Shown here in pieces: positions 7,759 to 18,324 of a stretch of 64,000 bases of DNA. The notes below the pieces were generated by a model. That model searched no databases. It saw nothing but the letters and a program-made list of their open reading frames with translations, and had not been told where the DNA came from. The position numbers and the translations under genes are program-made. The first letter of the stretch is position 1; each line of letters begins with the position of its first letter. This DNA is from Polyangiaceae bacterium (GTDB taxonomy: Bacteria > Myxococcota_A > Polyangia > Polyangiales > Polyangiaceae): contig JBILLK010000033.1 in assembly GCA_044376115.1 (NCBI GenBank), positions 1 to 64,000 of the forward strand, written 5' to 3'.

Positions 7759-8442
7759 TCACGCTTCGCGTGTGAGCTCGAAGACGCCGACCGCTCGTTC
7801 CGGCGGCGTGACTCCGACCGTCCACTTGCTCATCGAGACGGTCCAGCCTTCACCTTGGAGGCTCTCGAGAAAGGTGATGCTGGTCGCGCGGAACGGATCG
7901 GAGAGCAGCAGCCGACCGCCAGCGGCCAAGTTGTTCTCGAAGATCGCGCGAAGCTGCGGGTGGAAGTCGTCCGAATACAGAATGTCCGAGCCCAGGATCA
8001 CGTCGTAGCGGTCCTTTTCCTGCCAGTTGGTCCAGTCTGCGGCGCGGTGCTCAATGGCGGTGAGCCCATTGCGCTCGGCGTTCTGCTTGCAGACGTGCAG
8101 CCCGACCGCATGCCGGTCCGTCTGCGTCACGTGCGCGCCGAGCGACGCGGCCACGATCCCGGGCAGGCCCGTGCCGGCACCGAGCTCGAGCACGCGAAGG
8201 CCGTTCATCGCGCGTGATGCAACCTCATGCGCGAGCGCGATCGAAGCCGGCCACAAAACGATGCCGTAGGGCAGGCGCGACCCCTCTTCAGACAAATATC
8301 TCGACTCGTCCTCACGGCTGAGAATCGCGCCGGTGTGCAGGATGCGCCAAACGCGACCATCGAGCCGGAGATTGTATTCGTGCAGGGCGAGGTCCCCCGC
8401 GGTCGTGCGCAAGATCTGAGGCGTGTTCGTTTCGTCGGACAT
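7759..8442 (-). CDS. class I SAM-dependent methyltransferase, Methyltransf_16 (METTL21-like)
   Basis: PYGIVLWPASIALA, VLELGAGTGLPG, DVILGSDILY; GGAGGT upstream of ATG 8442. Confidence 0.9.
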   Translation of the reverse strand: MSDETNTPQILRTTAGDLALHEYNLRLDGRVWRILHTGAILSREDESRYLSEEGSRLPYGIVLWPASIALAHEVASRAMNGLRVLELGAGTGLPGIVAASLGAHVTQTDRHAVGLHVCKQNAERNGLTAIEHRAADWTNWQEKDRYDVILGSDILYSDDFHPQLRAIFENNLAAGGRLLLSDPFRATSITFLESLQGEGWTVSMSKWTVGVTPPERAVGVFELTREA

Positions 8443-8657
8443 CAAGCGCACACTACCTCCGAGAAAAGGCCCGTGGGGGATCTGCCGCCCGAGCAGCTGC
8501 GGTCGCATCACTCTGATGGACTGCCCATCGAGTCGATGGAGCGGCTCGACAGAAAACCGAGCAACATCAAGCCTCGGCCGTTGGCTCGCATCCTGCTGAC
8601 GCCGTTAGGCCCTCCCTACGCCCTAATGGCCTTGTGGGAGGTTCCGAGCACCATGCG

Positions 8658-10823
8658 ATGACCCCCCCAATTCTTGCTGACCTCACTCCAGCGTCGCCAC
8701 AGAGCCCCGTCGCCGTCCGGCACGAAGAGGCCTTGCTCAAGACCGGCGCGCTGCAGGACGCGATCTTCAACAGCGCCAACTTCTCGAGCATCGCGACTGA
8801 CGCGAACGGCGTGATCCAGATCTTCAACGTCGGTGCCGAGCGAATGCTGGGTTACGCCGCCTCCGAGGTGACGAACAAGATCACCCCGGCCGACATCTCC
8901 GATCCCGAGGAGGTGATCGCCCGCGCCAAGGCGCTCACCTTGGAGTTGTCCACGCCGATCACCCCGGGCTTCGAGGCGCTGGTCTTCAAAGCATCTCGGG
9001 GAATCGAGGACATCTACGAGCTCACCTACATCCGCAAAGATGGCAGCCGTTTTCCCGCGCTTGTATCGGTCACGGCGCTCCGCAATCAGCGGGGAGACAT
9101 CATCGGGTTTCTCCTGATCGGCACCGACAACACCGCCCGCAAGCAGGTGGAAGCGGAGCAGCGCAAGCTCGATCAGCGCCTGCGGGACCAGCAGTTCTAC
9201 ACGCGCTCGCTGATCGAGTCCCACATCGACGCGCTGGTGACCATCGATCCCAGCGGTGTGATCACCGATCTCAACAAGCAGATGGAGGCGCTCACCGGGT
9301 GCACCCGCGACGAGCTGATCGGGGCCCCGTTCAAGAACCATTTCACCGATCCGGAGCGGGCGGAGCGGGGCGTCCAGCTGACGCTGCGCGAAAAGAAAGT
9401 GTCCGACTACGAGCTCACGGCGTGGGCGCGCGATGGCACGACCACCGAGGTCTCCTACAACGCGACGACGTTCTACGATCGAGACCGGGTGCTTCAGGGC
9501 GTGTTCGCCGCGGCCCGCGACATGACCGAGCGCCAGCGCAGCACGCGGGCGCTCAAGGAGACGAACCTCGCCCTCGAACTCGCCAAGTCCGCGGCCGAGA
9601 AGGCGAACCTGGCGAAGTCGGACTTCTTGTCCAGCATGAGCCACGAGCTGCGCAGCCCGCTCAACGCCATCCTCGGCTTCGCCCAGCTGATGGAGTCGGC
9701 TGCCCCGTCTCCAACGGACATCCAGAAGGAGAGCATCGCCCAGATCCTGCAAGCCGGCTGGCACCTCTTGAACCTCATCAACGAGATCTTGGATCTCGCG
9801 GTGATCGAGTCCGGCAAGGTCGCTCTGTCGACCGAGCCCGTGTCCCTCATCGAGGTCATGGCGGAGTGTCAGGCAATGATGGAGCCCGAGGCCAGACGCA
9901 TGGGGATCCGCATGGAATTCCCGGCCCTCGAGGGACCGAGCTACCTCCGCGCGGATCGTACTCGACTCAAGCAGGTGATCATCAACCTGCTCTCCAACGC
10001 GATCAAATACAACACCCCCCGAGGCAGCGTGAAAGTCGAGTGCCTGTATGCGGCGGAGCTCACACGCATCTCGGTGAAAGACACAGGTGCGGGTCTCTCG
10101 TCGCACGAACTCACCCAGCTCTTTCAGCCCTTCAACCGCCTCGGCCAAGCGGCCCGGGGAAGCGTGGCGGGTACGGGCATTGGCCTCGTGGTGACCAAGC
10201 GCTTAGTGGAGCTGATGGGAGGGGCGATTGGGGTGCTCAGCACCGTTGGTCAGGGGAGCGTGTTCTGGTTCGAGCTTCCGACGAGCTCCGCGCCCGAGTG
10301 TGCGCCCGGCACGGACGAGCCGGAGGCCTGGGAACCGATCGAGACCCCTGCCGATGGTGCGCCGTACACCCTGCTCTACGTCGAGGACAACCTGCCCAAC
10401 ATGAAGCTGGTCGAGGGCATCGTCGCGCGCCGCGGCGACATCCGTCTCTTGACCGCGGCGAACGGTCGCTTGGGCATCGAGCTCGCACGGAGCGCTCAGC
10501 CTGCGGTGATCTTGATGGACATCAACTTGCCCGACATCAGCGGCATCGAGGCGCTCCGAGTCCTGCGCGCAGACCCCAGCACCTCCCGCATCCCCATCAT
10601 CGCCCTCAGCGCCAATGCGATGCCCCGCGACATCGAGAAAGGGCTCGAGGTGGGGTTCTTCCGCTATCTGACCAAGCCGATTCGCATCGGCGACTTCATG
10701 GCGGCCCTCAATACGGCACTTCAGTTGGCTCAGCGCCCGAAAGCGACGGCCTCGAACTTGCCTGCCTCGAACTTAGCCACCTCGAACTTAACCGCCCTAG
10801 ACGGGCGCCCATCGGAGAAGTGA
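8658..10823 (+). CDS. PAS-PAS hybrid sensor histidine kinase with receiver domain
   Basis: Two PAS/PAC, FLSSMSHELRSPLN H-box, NLLSNAIKYN, DTGAG, GTGIGL, receiver LYVEDN...LMDINLP...KP. Confidence 0.95.
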   Translation: MTPPILADLTPASPQSPVAVRHEEALLKTGALQDAIFNSANFSSIATDANGVIQIFNVGAERMLGYAASEVTNKITPADISDPEEVIARAKALTLELSTPITPGFEALVFKASRGIEDIYELTYIRKDGSRFPALVSVTALRNQRGDIIGFLLIGTDNTARKQVEAEQRKLDQRLRDQQFYTRSLIESHIDALVTIDPSGVITDLNKQMEALTGCTRDELIGAPFKNHFTDPERAERGVQLTLREKKVSDYELTAWARDGTTTEVSYNATTFYDRDRVLQGVFAAARDMTERQRSTRALKETNLALELAKSAAEKANLAKSDFLSSMSHELRSPLNAILGFAQLMESAAPSPTDIQKESIAQILQAGWHLLNLINEILDLAVIESGKVALSTEPVSLIEVMAECQAMMEPEARRMGIRMEFPALEGPSYLRADRTRLKQVIINLLSNAIKYNTPRGSVKVECLYAAELTRISVKDTGAGLSSHELTQLFQPFNRLGQAARGSVAGTGIGLVVTKRLVELMGGAIGVLSTVGQGSVFWFELPTSSAPECAPGTDEPEAWEPIETPADGAPYTLLYVEDNLPNMKLVEGIVARRGDIRLLTAANGRLGIELARSAQPAVILMDINLPDISGIEALRVLRADPSTSRIPIIALSANAMPRDIEKGLEVGFFRYLTKPIRIGDFMAALNTALQLAQRPKATASNLPASNLATSNLTALDGRPSEK

Positions 10824-10824
10824 C

Positions 10825-11295
10825 ATGATACGAACCTTCGAGATTCTTGCGTCCCGCATCCTCGTCGTCGACGACGTCGAGTCCAACGTGCTCCTGCTCG
10901 AGGGAATGCTACGCAACGCGGGCTACTCCTCCATCGAGTCCACGATGGATTCGCGCAAGGTCTCGGTCCTGCACCGAACGGCCCCCTTCGATCTCATCCT
11001 CTTGGATCTCAAGATGCCCCTCATGGATGGCTTTCAAGTGATGCAGGAGATCGGTGGTTTCGAGCCGGACGGCTACCTCCCAGTGCTGGTGATCACCGCA
11101 GAGCCTGGGCACAAGCTGCGCGCCCTCCGCGAAGGAGCCCGTGACTTCGTGAGCAAGCCCTTCGATCTAGCCGAGGTGCTCATGCGGGTGAGGAACGTGC
11201 TGGAGGTGAGCCTCATGCGCTCGAAGATGAAGGGCCTTGGCCACGGGCCTTTGGACGGGCTGGCGCGCCACGTACCGAGCCAGCCTCCGCGGTAG
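10825..11295 (+). CDS. response regulator, receiver domain only
   Basis: ILVVDD, LILLDLKMP, VITA, FVSKPF. Confidence 0.9.
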   Translation: MIRTFEILASRILVVDDVESNVLLLEGMLRNAGYSSIESTMDSRKVSVLHRTAPFDLILLDLKMPLMDGFQVMQEIGGFEPDGYLPVLVITAEPGHKLRALREGARDFVSKPFDLAEVLMRVRNVLEVSLMRSKMKGLGHGPLDGLARHVPSQPPR

Positions 11296-11442
11296 CGAAC
11301 GGACGCTTGGCAATGCGCTAGGGCTGCCTTTAGGCGTAGGGCATCGAGGACGACGGGTCACCGCGGTTGCGCTCAGCCAAACGATGCCCGCATGATGCGA
11401 GCCGCGGCGGCTATTTCGCTGCCGCCTCACGTTAGGAAGTCC

Positions 11443-11973
11443 ATGACCGATTCGTTGTCACGCCGTCCCGTTTTCGCGCCCTCTTGCCGTGCAAGGTCGT
11501 CGCGCGCGTTGCTTCTCGTGGGGGTCGCCGCGCTGGCGCTTGGTTGCAGCACCAAGGTCGACGATTGCAACAAGGTGATCGACGTTCACAACGCTAACGC
11601 GGACGCTGTGAAGAAGGTCTCGATGGACAAGCCCGAGGGCTTCGACGCGTTGGCAGATATCCTCGAGAAGACGTCGAAGGAGATCGTGGCGCTCCCCCTC
11701 TCCGATGAAGCGACGAAGACGAAGGTCGCTGCGATGACCGAACCGGACAAGGCAGCCGTCGACGCCCTGCGCGTGGCCGGCAAGTCGATGAAGAAGTTGA
11801 ACGAGCTTTCCGAGTCACTGAAGAAGTTGAGCGATCCCGACGCAATGACGAAGAAGGCGGCCGAGCTCGAGGCGGCAGCGAAGGACCTGGAGAAGCAGAA
11901 CAAAGCGCTGGAGGACGCGAACACCGCCAAGACCAAGGCGTGGGACGACTTCCACGGCTTCTGCACGAAGTAG
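11443..11973 (+). CDS. hypothetical alpha-helical lipoprotein
   Basis: Lipobox ALGC; Lys/Ala/Glu-rich coiled coil; AGGA upstream of ATG. Confidence 0.75.
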   Translation: MTDSLSRRPVFAPSCRARSSRALLLVGVAALALGCSTKVDDCNKVIDVHNANADAVKKVSMDKPEGFDALADILEKTSKEIVALPLSDEATKTKVAAMTEPDKAAVDALRVAGKSMKKLNELSESLKKLSDPDAMTKKAAELEAAAKDLEKQNKALEDANTAKTKAWDDFHGFCTK

Positions 11974-12061
11974 CCGAGGGCAGCTGCTAGAAGCGCGTTC
12001 CGTCGCGATTCACGCGATCCGCGCTTCCGCGCCGCCCTGCGGCTGGACTAGGGTCGGCGAC

Positions 12062-13540
12062 GTGATCCACCTACGCTCGTTTAGCTTCGTCTCGTCGCTC
12101 GCTTTTGTGATGCTCGCTGCCGCGTGCGGCGATGACGCCTCGGGCGGCGCAGGTGGAACAGGCGCTGCATCGACTGGCGGCTCCGGAGGCAGCGGAGCTG
12201 CTGGCGGCTCCGGTGGCGGTGGTGGTTCGGGCGGCTCGGGCGGCGGTCAGCTGACGCCCGAGGAGGCGCTCGAGGCGACCATCGAAGCGTTGTGTCCCGG
12301 TTACGCCGACCGCTACTGCACTGCGGCGAACGGGCCCTGCGGTTGCAATGAAGCGCCGGGCTTTCCGGACCAGCCCGCGTGCGTCGCGGCCTTCGAGGCG
12401 CGCTGTCGCCAAGAGCTCGCCTCCTATCTCTCGGTCGTCGAGGAAGGGCAGGCCGTCTATCGACCCGAGGGCGCACCGGTGTGTTTGGCCGCCCTCGATC
12501 CGCTGATCGACGTTTGTTTGCTGTTGCCGAACGACGTCTTCTTCGTCGAGTGCCCGGTGCTCGCGCCGCCCGGTGGTTTCGGCGTGTTGCCGGGTGAAGG
12601 CGAGCCTTGTGACTTGCCGTGCGCGGCTGGGCTTCGCTGTAACGCCGAGGGTCTATGCGCGACGCCGGGGAGCGTGGGCGATTCGTGCGCGGGGTTGCCC
12701 GAGTGCGCGCTCGATCTAACGTGCAACCTGCCGCCGGAGGGCGGTCTGGGGACCTGCGCCGCGCTCGACTTCACCGGCCTCGGTGACGCGTGCCCTGGGC
12801 CCGACGCGTGCGTTGGGGACAACCAATGTTTGGCCTCGGTGCGCAAAGAGTGCGTCGTGGCGGCGACGGGAAGCTCCTGCCAGTTCGATGCGCAGTGCTC
12901 CGCGACCGACTACTGCGTCCTGGCTCCGCCGGATCTAGCGAGCGGCAATTGCGGTCCACGTCCGGGCCTTGGTGAGGCGTGCGGCAATGGCGTTGCGTGC
13001 GCGGTTGGGCTCGGTTGCGACCTCGCGACCACGCTCTGTGCGGCCCTCCCCACCACGGGCTCGCCGTGCGCAGCGGGCCCCGACGGCCCCTTCCTCTGTG
13101 CCGACGGGCTGGGCTGCTTCGCCGATGGCGGCTGCGCGCCGCTCCCCGCGGAGGGCGAGGAGTGCTCGATCGGCCAACCGAATTGTCAGCCCGGGCTCGG
13201 CTGCGCGTTCGAAGCTGCAGCCAGCATCTGCCGTGAGCCTGTGGGCGCTGGCAGCCCGTGCGCGAACGATCCCACCTGCGAAGCGGGCTTGTTTTGCAAC
13301 TTCGAGGTCGGCCTGTGCACCGCGCACTACGCCGAGGGCACGCCGTGCTCGGCGGGCAACGAATGTGGACCCAACGGCGCCTGCCTCCCCGACGAGAACT
13401 TCATCTTTCGCTGTGCGCCCGCCCCCGGCGAGGGCGATGCGTGTTTCCTCGACGAGTGCATCGGCGATCTGAGCTGCCGCTCGCCATACACCGAAGGAGC
13501 CTGCGTACCCGAGGTGTTCTGCGGCGCGATCAACTTCTGA
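12062..13540 (+). CDS. Cys-rich repeat lipoprotein (Dickkopf-like GxxC...CxxGLxC repeats)
   Basis: Lipobox AAAC, Gly-rich linker, repeated GE.C...C..GL.C units. Confidence 0.85.
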   Translation: MIHLRSFSFVSSLAFVMLAAACGDDASGGAGGTGAASTGGSGGSGAAGGSGGGGGSGGSGGGQLTPEEALEATIEALCPGYADRYCTAANGPCGCNEAPGFPDQPACVAAFEARCRQELASYLSVVEEGQAVYRPEGAPVCLAALDPLIDVCLLLPNDVFFVECPVLAPPGGFGVLPGEGEPCDLPCAAGLRCNAEGLCATPGSVGDSCAGLPECALDLTCNLPPEGGLGTCAALDFTGLGDACPGPDACVGDNQCLASVRKECVVAATGSSCQFDAQCSATDYCVLAPPDLASGNCGPRPGLGEACGNGVACAVGLGCDLATTLCAALPTTGSPCAAGPDGPFLCADGLGCFADGGCAPLPAEGEECSIGQPNCQPGLGCAFEAAASICREPVGAGSPCANDPTCEAGLFCNFEVGLCTAHYAEGTPCSAGNECGPNGACLPDENFIFRCAPAPGEGDACFLDECIGDLSCRSPYTEGACVPEVFCGAINF

Positions 13541-13567
13541 GCGCGTGGCCTCGGATGCGGGTGTGCA

Positions 13568-14383
13568 TCAAACTCGGCCGATAACGCCTGACGTTTGCAG
13601 CTCGCGCAAGAGCTCCCGCGGGGGTACTCCGGCGATGGTGCGAAACTCAGCGATCAGATGCGCTTGATCGAAGTAGCCGGAGGATGCGGCGATGCTGGCC
13701 CAGCCAGCAGGCTGGGGCGCGCGAGCTGCGCGGAGCGCGCGATGGAAGCGCGCGAGCTTCGCGTAAGCCTTCGGCCCTACGCCGAGCGTCACTTGAAACA
13801 GGCGACGTAAGTGACGCTCGCTCACCGCCAACTCGTCGGCGACGGCGCTTACGCTGCCACCTGGTTGCGCGGCCAAACGCCGGGCCGCCTCCAGGGCGAG
13901 CGACGCAGGGGCGCCAACTGCTGCATCGGACGGAGCGCGCGCAAGGATGGCGTTCTTCAGGATGCGGGCTGCAGCGAGGGTGTCGCTTGCTTCGGCCAGA
14001 CGCTCGAGCAGTCGCGCTGCGTCGGCCCGACCCCAGAGCTCCTCGAGCGCGATGATGCGGCTGGTCAATTCTGGCGCCGCTACGCCGAGCACACGTTCAC
14101 ACGCGCCCAAGCGCAGCCGCACCATCACGCTGCGTTGTCCACGCCGAAGCGACTTGCGTCGCGCGCTCTGGCCTGCGCCCATCGCGTGTACGTCCACGCC
14201 GCCCGACGCCGAAACGCCGAAGCGCGCGACGATCTGCAGCTCGGGGTAGGGAAGGGCGACGCGCACTTCATCTCGCTCGCACTCGAGCAGCGAGAGCTCT
14301 GCCACCAGGGACGCACCGAGCCTGAGGGGTCCGTGCGCAACGTCCGGCTCGTGAGGAAAAGACGCTTGCACGAAGCAGTTCAT
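13568..14383 (-). CDS. AraC-family transcriptional regulator
   Basis: VSERHLRRLF...GVGPK, WASIAASSGYFDQAHLIAEFR. Confidence 0.9.
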   Translation of the reverse strand: MNCFVQASFPHEPDVAHGPLRLGASLVAELSLLECERDEVRVALPYPELQIVARFGVSASGGVDVHAMGAGQSARRKSLRRGQRSVMVRLRLGACERVLGVAAPELTSRIIALEELWGRADAARLLERLAEASDTLAAARILKNAILARAPSDAAVGAPASLALEAARRLAAQPGGSVSAVADELAVSERHLRRLFQVTLGVGPKAYAKLARFHRALRAARAPQPAGWASIAASSGYFDQAHLIAEFRTIAGVPPRELLRELQTSGVIGRV

Positions 14384-14472
14384 GCAACGGCCGCGAGACG
14401 TACGCAAGCTCCGCCGCGCCGATGTCCGTTTCCTCCAATTCGATGAACGTCGCGCTGACTAGGCTCCGTGGC

Positions 14473-15306
14473 ATGAAGATCCTCGTCACCGGTGCCACCG
14501 GCAAGGTTGGAAGTCGGCTAAGCAAGCGGCTCGCTCAACGCGGCCACTCCGTGCGTTGTCTTGTTCGCGATGAAGCGCGAGCAAGGGAGCTGCTCGGAAC
14601 GCCGCTCGAAACCTCGCTTGGCGATCTGCTCGCACCAAGCTCGCTCGACGCGGCCCTCTCCGGAGTCGACGCGGTGGTGCACTGCGCAGCGTTCTTTCGC
14701 GGCGCCACGCCGGAGCAAGCGCACGCGGTCAACGATCTCGGCACGCAGCACCTCGCCTACGCGGCGCGCAGCGCCTCAGTGAAGCGCTTCCTCTTCACCA
14801 GCACCGGGCTCGTCTATGGGCCGAGCGACGTGCCCGGACGGCTTTCGCGCGAAGTTGACGCGTGCGCCCCGATCGAGAGCTACCCCAAGAGCAAGCTCGC
14901 CGCCGAGCGCTTCTTGCTCGCGCTCGAGGGGCTCGACGTTCGCGTGTTGCGTCTGCCCTTCGTCTACGGCGACGGGGATCCGCACATCGCCGAGGTGGTC
15001 CCGCTGATGCGGACCTTCCCAGCTTCGCAGCGGATGTCGCTGGGTCATCACCTCGACGTGGCCCAGGCCGTGGCACGTTTGCTCGAGACGCCCGCGCCTT
15101 CGCATCGTGTTTACAATCTGTCGGATGACGAGGCTCCCGACCTCATCGCGCTTTTCGCCTCGGTCGGCGCGCCACCCCCGGACGGCTCAAACCCCGAGCG
15201 AGCGCGTTCCTTCGAGGCCGTCATGGACGGCAGCCGACTTCGCGCCGACCTCGGCTTCGCGCCGGAAGTCCCGCGCCTAGCCGACGCGATCGCCCGAGGC
15301 CTCTAG
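14473..15306 (+). CDS. NAD-dependent epimerase/dehydratase (extended SDR)
   Basis: MKILVTGATGKVG, VVHCAA, YPKSK (YxxxK). Confidence 0.9.
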   Translation: MKILVTGATGKVGSRLSKRLAQRGHSVRCLVRDEARARELLGTPLETSLGDLLAPSSLDAALSGVDAVVHCAAFFRGATPEQAHAVNDLGTQHLAYAARSASVKRFLFTSTGLVYGPSDVPGRLSREVDACAPIESYPKSKLAAERFLLALEGLDVRVLRLPFVYGDGDPHIAEVVPLMRTFPASQRMSLGHHLDVAQAVARLLETPAPSHRVYNLSDDEAPDLIALFASVGAPPPDGSNPERARSFEAVMDGSRLRADLGFAPEVPRLADAIARGL

Positions 15307-16193
15307 CCCGCTTGGTCGAGCTCGGCGAGTTGCTCGGCGATGAGCTTCATTACCGCCGCGAAGCGAGGGACCTCGCGGATCGCTCGGCGGGTGACGAGAA
15401 AAAGCTCCAGGGCTGGCATCGCCGGCAGCCCCGGCAGCGCCACAAGATCCTTGAACAGCTTGACCGTCTCGCGCGGTACCAGCCCAACGCCGAGTCCCTG
15501 CCGCATGGCCGCGAGTTGCACCTCGTAGTTGTTGCAACGCAGGGCTCGACGAGTCCCAGCGTGTTCCGCAAGCCAGCTCTCTTGCGGCGAACCGAGCTCC
15601 GGCACTTCGACGGCGATCCACGGGAGCTCCGTGACGCTCTTGCGCCGAAGTCGCGGCGCCAAGCTGCGTGCGCACAGGGCCGCGAGCGGCAAACGAGCCA
15701 CCCGGCGGCCCACCAAATCTCCGCGCGTCGAACGAAAGAAGCGCACCGCGATGTCGGCGTCTTGGTTGGCCAAGTCGAGGGCTCGCAGCCCCGTAACGAT
15801 CTCGAGTTCGATCTCCGGATAACGTTCGGCCAGCAGCGGCAAGACGCGGGGCACCAAGAAGTGAATCGCCACCGCTTCCACCGTCGCCAGCCGCACAGGC
15901 CCGCGTGGAGCGGCCTCTCCGTGCACCGCAGAGTCGGTCAAGCTGCGCATCGCCTGCTCGACCTGCTCGGCATTGGCGCGCAGTCGTTCGGCAAACTCGG
16001 TCGCGACCGGCCCGCGCGGCGTGCGTTCGAATAGCGCCGCACCCAGCTCCTCCTCGAGCGCCGCCATTCTGCGACTCACCGTCGATTGATCGGTGCCCAG
16101 CTGCTTAGCGGTCTTGGTGAAGCTTTTCGTCCTGTAGGCCGCGAGGAAGAAGCGCACGTCGTCCCAGCGCGTCAGGCCCAGCGAGGTGGTCAC
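15303..16193 (-). CDS. LysR-family transcriptional regulator
   Basis: WDDVRFFLA...SFTKTAKQLGTDQSTVSRR; full substrate-binding domain. Confidence 0.9.
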   Translation of the reverse strand: MTTSLGLTRWDDVRFFLAAYRTKSFTKTAKQLGTDQSTVSRRMAALEEELGAALFERTPRGPVATEFAERLRANAEQVEQAMRSLTDSAVHGEAAPRGPVRLATVEAVAIHFLVPRVLPLLAERYPEIELEIVTGLRALDLANQDADIAVRFFRSTRGDLVGRRVARLPLAALCARSLAPRLRRKSVTELPWIAVEVPELGSPQESWLAEHAGTRRALRCNNYEVQLAAMRQGLGVGLVPRETVKLFKDLVALPGLPAMPALELFLVTRRAIREVPRFAAVMKLIAEQLAELDQAG

Positions 16194-16262
16194 GCCGTGT
16201 GCTCCCACAACTTTCAGCGCGCATCAAAGGTTGGCTCGCAGCCTTGCCGTCACCAGCGAGCG

Positions 16263-18230
16263 TCAGCGTGCGCTGCCGTCACTGTAGAGCGTAAGCCGCT
16301 TCAGTTCGCCTTCCTGCTTTGTTCGCCAGGGATACTGCGTCCACGTCGGATGTACGCTGAGCTGCACGGTGTCCGCTTCGGTCACGGAGACGTCGAGCAG
16401 TTGGCCTTGGATGCAGGTCGGCGCGGGGAGCGGACGCCGGCCTGCGCTCGAGATGAGGTCGACCGACGCGCAGCCTGGGCTTTGCGCGGGTCGCAGCGCG
16501 AGCATCAGCCCACCCTTGAGCGGCAACGCAAACAGCGTATCGGGCGGTGCTTGTACCCACGCCTCCGGCGTGCCGATGACGGCGGGCGCGCGCAAGAAGT
16601 AGCTCGTCCTCCCAGCCTCGGTGCTGCGCAGACCCAACGTGCCATCCTTCGCTAGCATCACACTCGGCTCCGCGGTGAGCGCGATCGGCAACGCTCCTTC
16701 GCTCTTGAGTGCGCTGCCATCCCAGCCAAAAATCCGAGTGCCACGCTGGTCTGCGGCGGCTTCGCACGCCGCAAAGGACAGCCCTCGTCCGCCGAAGGTA
16801 CCGCGCACCAAACAGCCCGCCGGCGCATCGACGAGCGTCGTCGCTTGGGTTCCGAGCAAGGCAAGCTGAGGGCCCTTGTTGACCTTGGCGCCCTCGCGAC
16901 AAACGGGCCTTCCGTACGAGCTAAGGGTCACGTCTGCTGACGCACACTCGCGGTCACCAAAGGTCGTGAGCGAAGCCGCCTCCCCAGTGGCTTTGGGCCA
17001 AGCTCGTTGCGCCACACAGGCGACTCCAGTGCAGCTCGGCGCGGCCTCGTTTGAGACGAGCGATCCTAAAATCGACGCAAAGCCTCCGCATAGCGCTGCT
17101 TGCGTGAGCTTGTTCCTCCCTCGCGGCACAGGCGCGCGCGGGGCTACGGGGACGGGCCAGGCTGCCGCTGGACTCAGCGTGGGCCAGCGAGTCGAGTTCA
17201 CGCTGGGCAGGGCGAAACCATCCACCTCCAGATCCACATCTCGGTTCTCGGGCGCCTCGAGGTCGACAACTGCGTTGCGCGACTTCGGCTTCTTGTTGGC
17301 GATCCTGGCGGCCTCCGCCTTGTCGAGGCTTTGGTCCGGTGCCCACCACGAACGGCCGTCCTGGCCGAGGATCGACGGACATCCCCAGCGGTCATCGATG
17401 ATGTGGTTGCCCACCCGATCGAGCTTGCTGAAAAGGTATTGGCTTTTGACGAGAGCCCCTCGCGGCCCGGTTTGCAGCCAGGCCTCGCGCTGGTTCTTTG
17501 GGCCACCCACCGTGACGATCGCGGCTATGCCATCCGCGCGCACGAACGCAGAGACGACCTTGAGGCCGGGTTTGAGCTTGGTCTCGAACAAACTCGGCTT
17601 CGCCCGATGCAGGTCATTGGAGCGCCAGATCGATGAGCCGCTGATGAAGATCGCGTGGTCGCCTGCGCCGTCCACGAACTCGACCGCCCCAACTTTTTTG
17701 CCGAGGTCCACGAAGCGATTCGCGAGCGCCTCCTCGAGTCCGGCGGCGATGGCGAGCTGACCTTCACGCCCAATGCGCAACACCGCATCGCCCTCTCCGA
17801 GCAGCAGAAACCGAACGAAAGGCGCTCGCGGCACGCTGCCGTCTGCGCTTTCTGGCGACGGCACGCTGTCGCTCAGCGGACCAAACCAGCGCTCTCCTTT
17901 GCGCGCCCAAACTCCGCGCGAAGCGAGCACCAGGGCGGTCTGATAGCCCAGCACCGTCGACTCGGAGGACTCCTGGGTCACGCTGCTCGCGTTGGCGAGC
18001 TGCAGCGCTCCTGCGGCTGCCGAGAAGACCAGCGGCGTCGCCGGCTGCTGCGCTTCGAGCGCGGGCGGCGTATTCACCACCGCTGGCGTGAAAACGTAGC
18101 TGAGCTGACGGTTGGGCTCACTCGCACAACCGGCGGCTAGCGCGAGGCCGCCCAACACAAAGGGCAGAGCGCGTGCAGCCACGATGGCGATCGGCGTTCG
18201 CGGGCGCGCGTGGGCGAGGAGCTCATTCAT
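16263..18230 (-). CDS. hypothetical lipoprotein (655 aa)
   Basis: Lipobox AAGC; long ORF with beta-rich segments; no recognisable family. Confidence 0.65.
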   Translation of the reverse strand: MNELLAHARPRTPIAIVAARALPFVLGGLALAAGCASEPNRQLSYVFTPAVVNTPPALEAQQPATPLVFSAAAGALQLANASSVTQESSESTVLGYQTALVLASRGVWARKGERWFGPLSDSVPSPESADGSVPRAPFVRFLLLGEGDAVLRIGREGQLAIAAGLEEALANRFVDLGKKVGAVEFVDGAGDHAIFISGSSIWRSNDLHRAKPSLFETKLKPGLKVVSAFVRADGIAAIVTVGGPKNQREAWLQTGPRGALVKSQYLFSKLDRVGNHIIDDRWGCPSILGQDGRSWWAPDQSLDKAEAARIANKKPKSRNAVVDLEAPENRDVDLEVDGFALPSVNSTRWPTLSPAAAWPVPVAPRAPVPRGRNKLTQAALCGGFASILGSLVSNEAAPSCTGVACVAQRAWPKATGEAASLTTFGDRECASADVTLSSYGRPVCREGAKVNKGPQLALLGTQATTLVDAPAGCLVRGTFGGRGLSFAACEAAADQRGTRIFGWDGSALKSEGALPIALTAEPSVMLAKDGTLGLRSTEAGRTSYFLRAPAVIGTPEAWVQAPPDTLFALPLKGGLMLALRPAQSPGCASVDLISSAGRRPLPAPTCIQGQLLDVSVTEADTVQLSVHPTWTQYPWRTKQEGELKRLTLYSDGSAR

Positions 18231-18324
18231 AGGTTCGACCTCCTATGAACGACTCGGGCCCTCTTCAACAAGAAACAGCCGTAGGTGAAGTTGCGGTCAG
18301 CGAATCGAGCTAGCCTGCGCTGGC

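Noticed and set aside
8616..10828. 510-aa antisense ORF and 509-aa alternative-frame ORF
   Set aside because: Both overlap a clear histidine kinase; typical high-GC shadow ORFs with no motifs.
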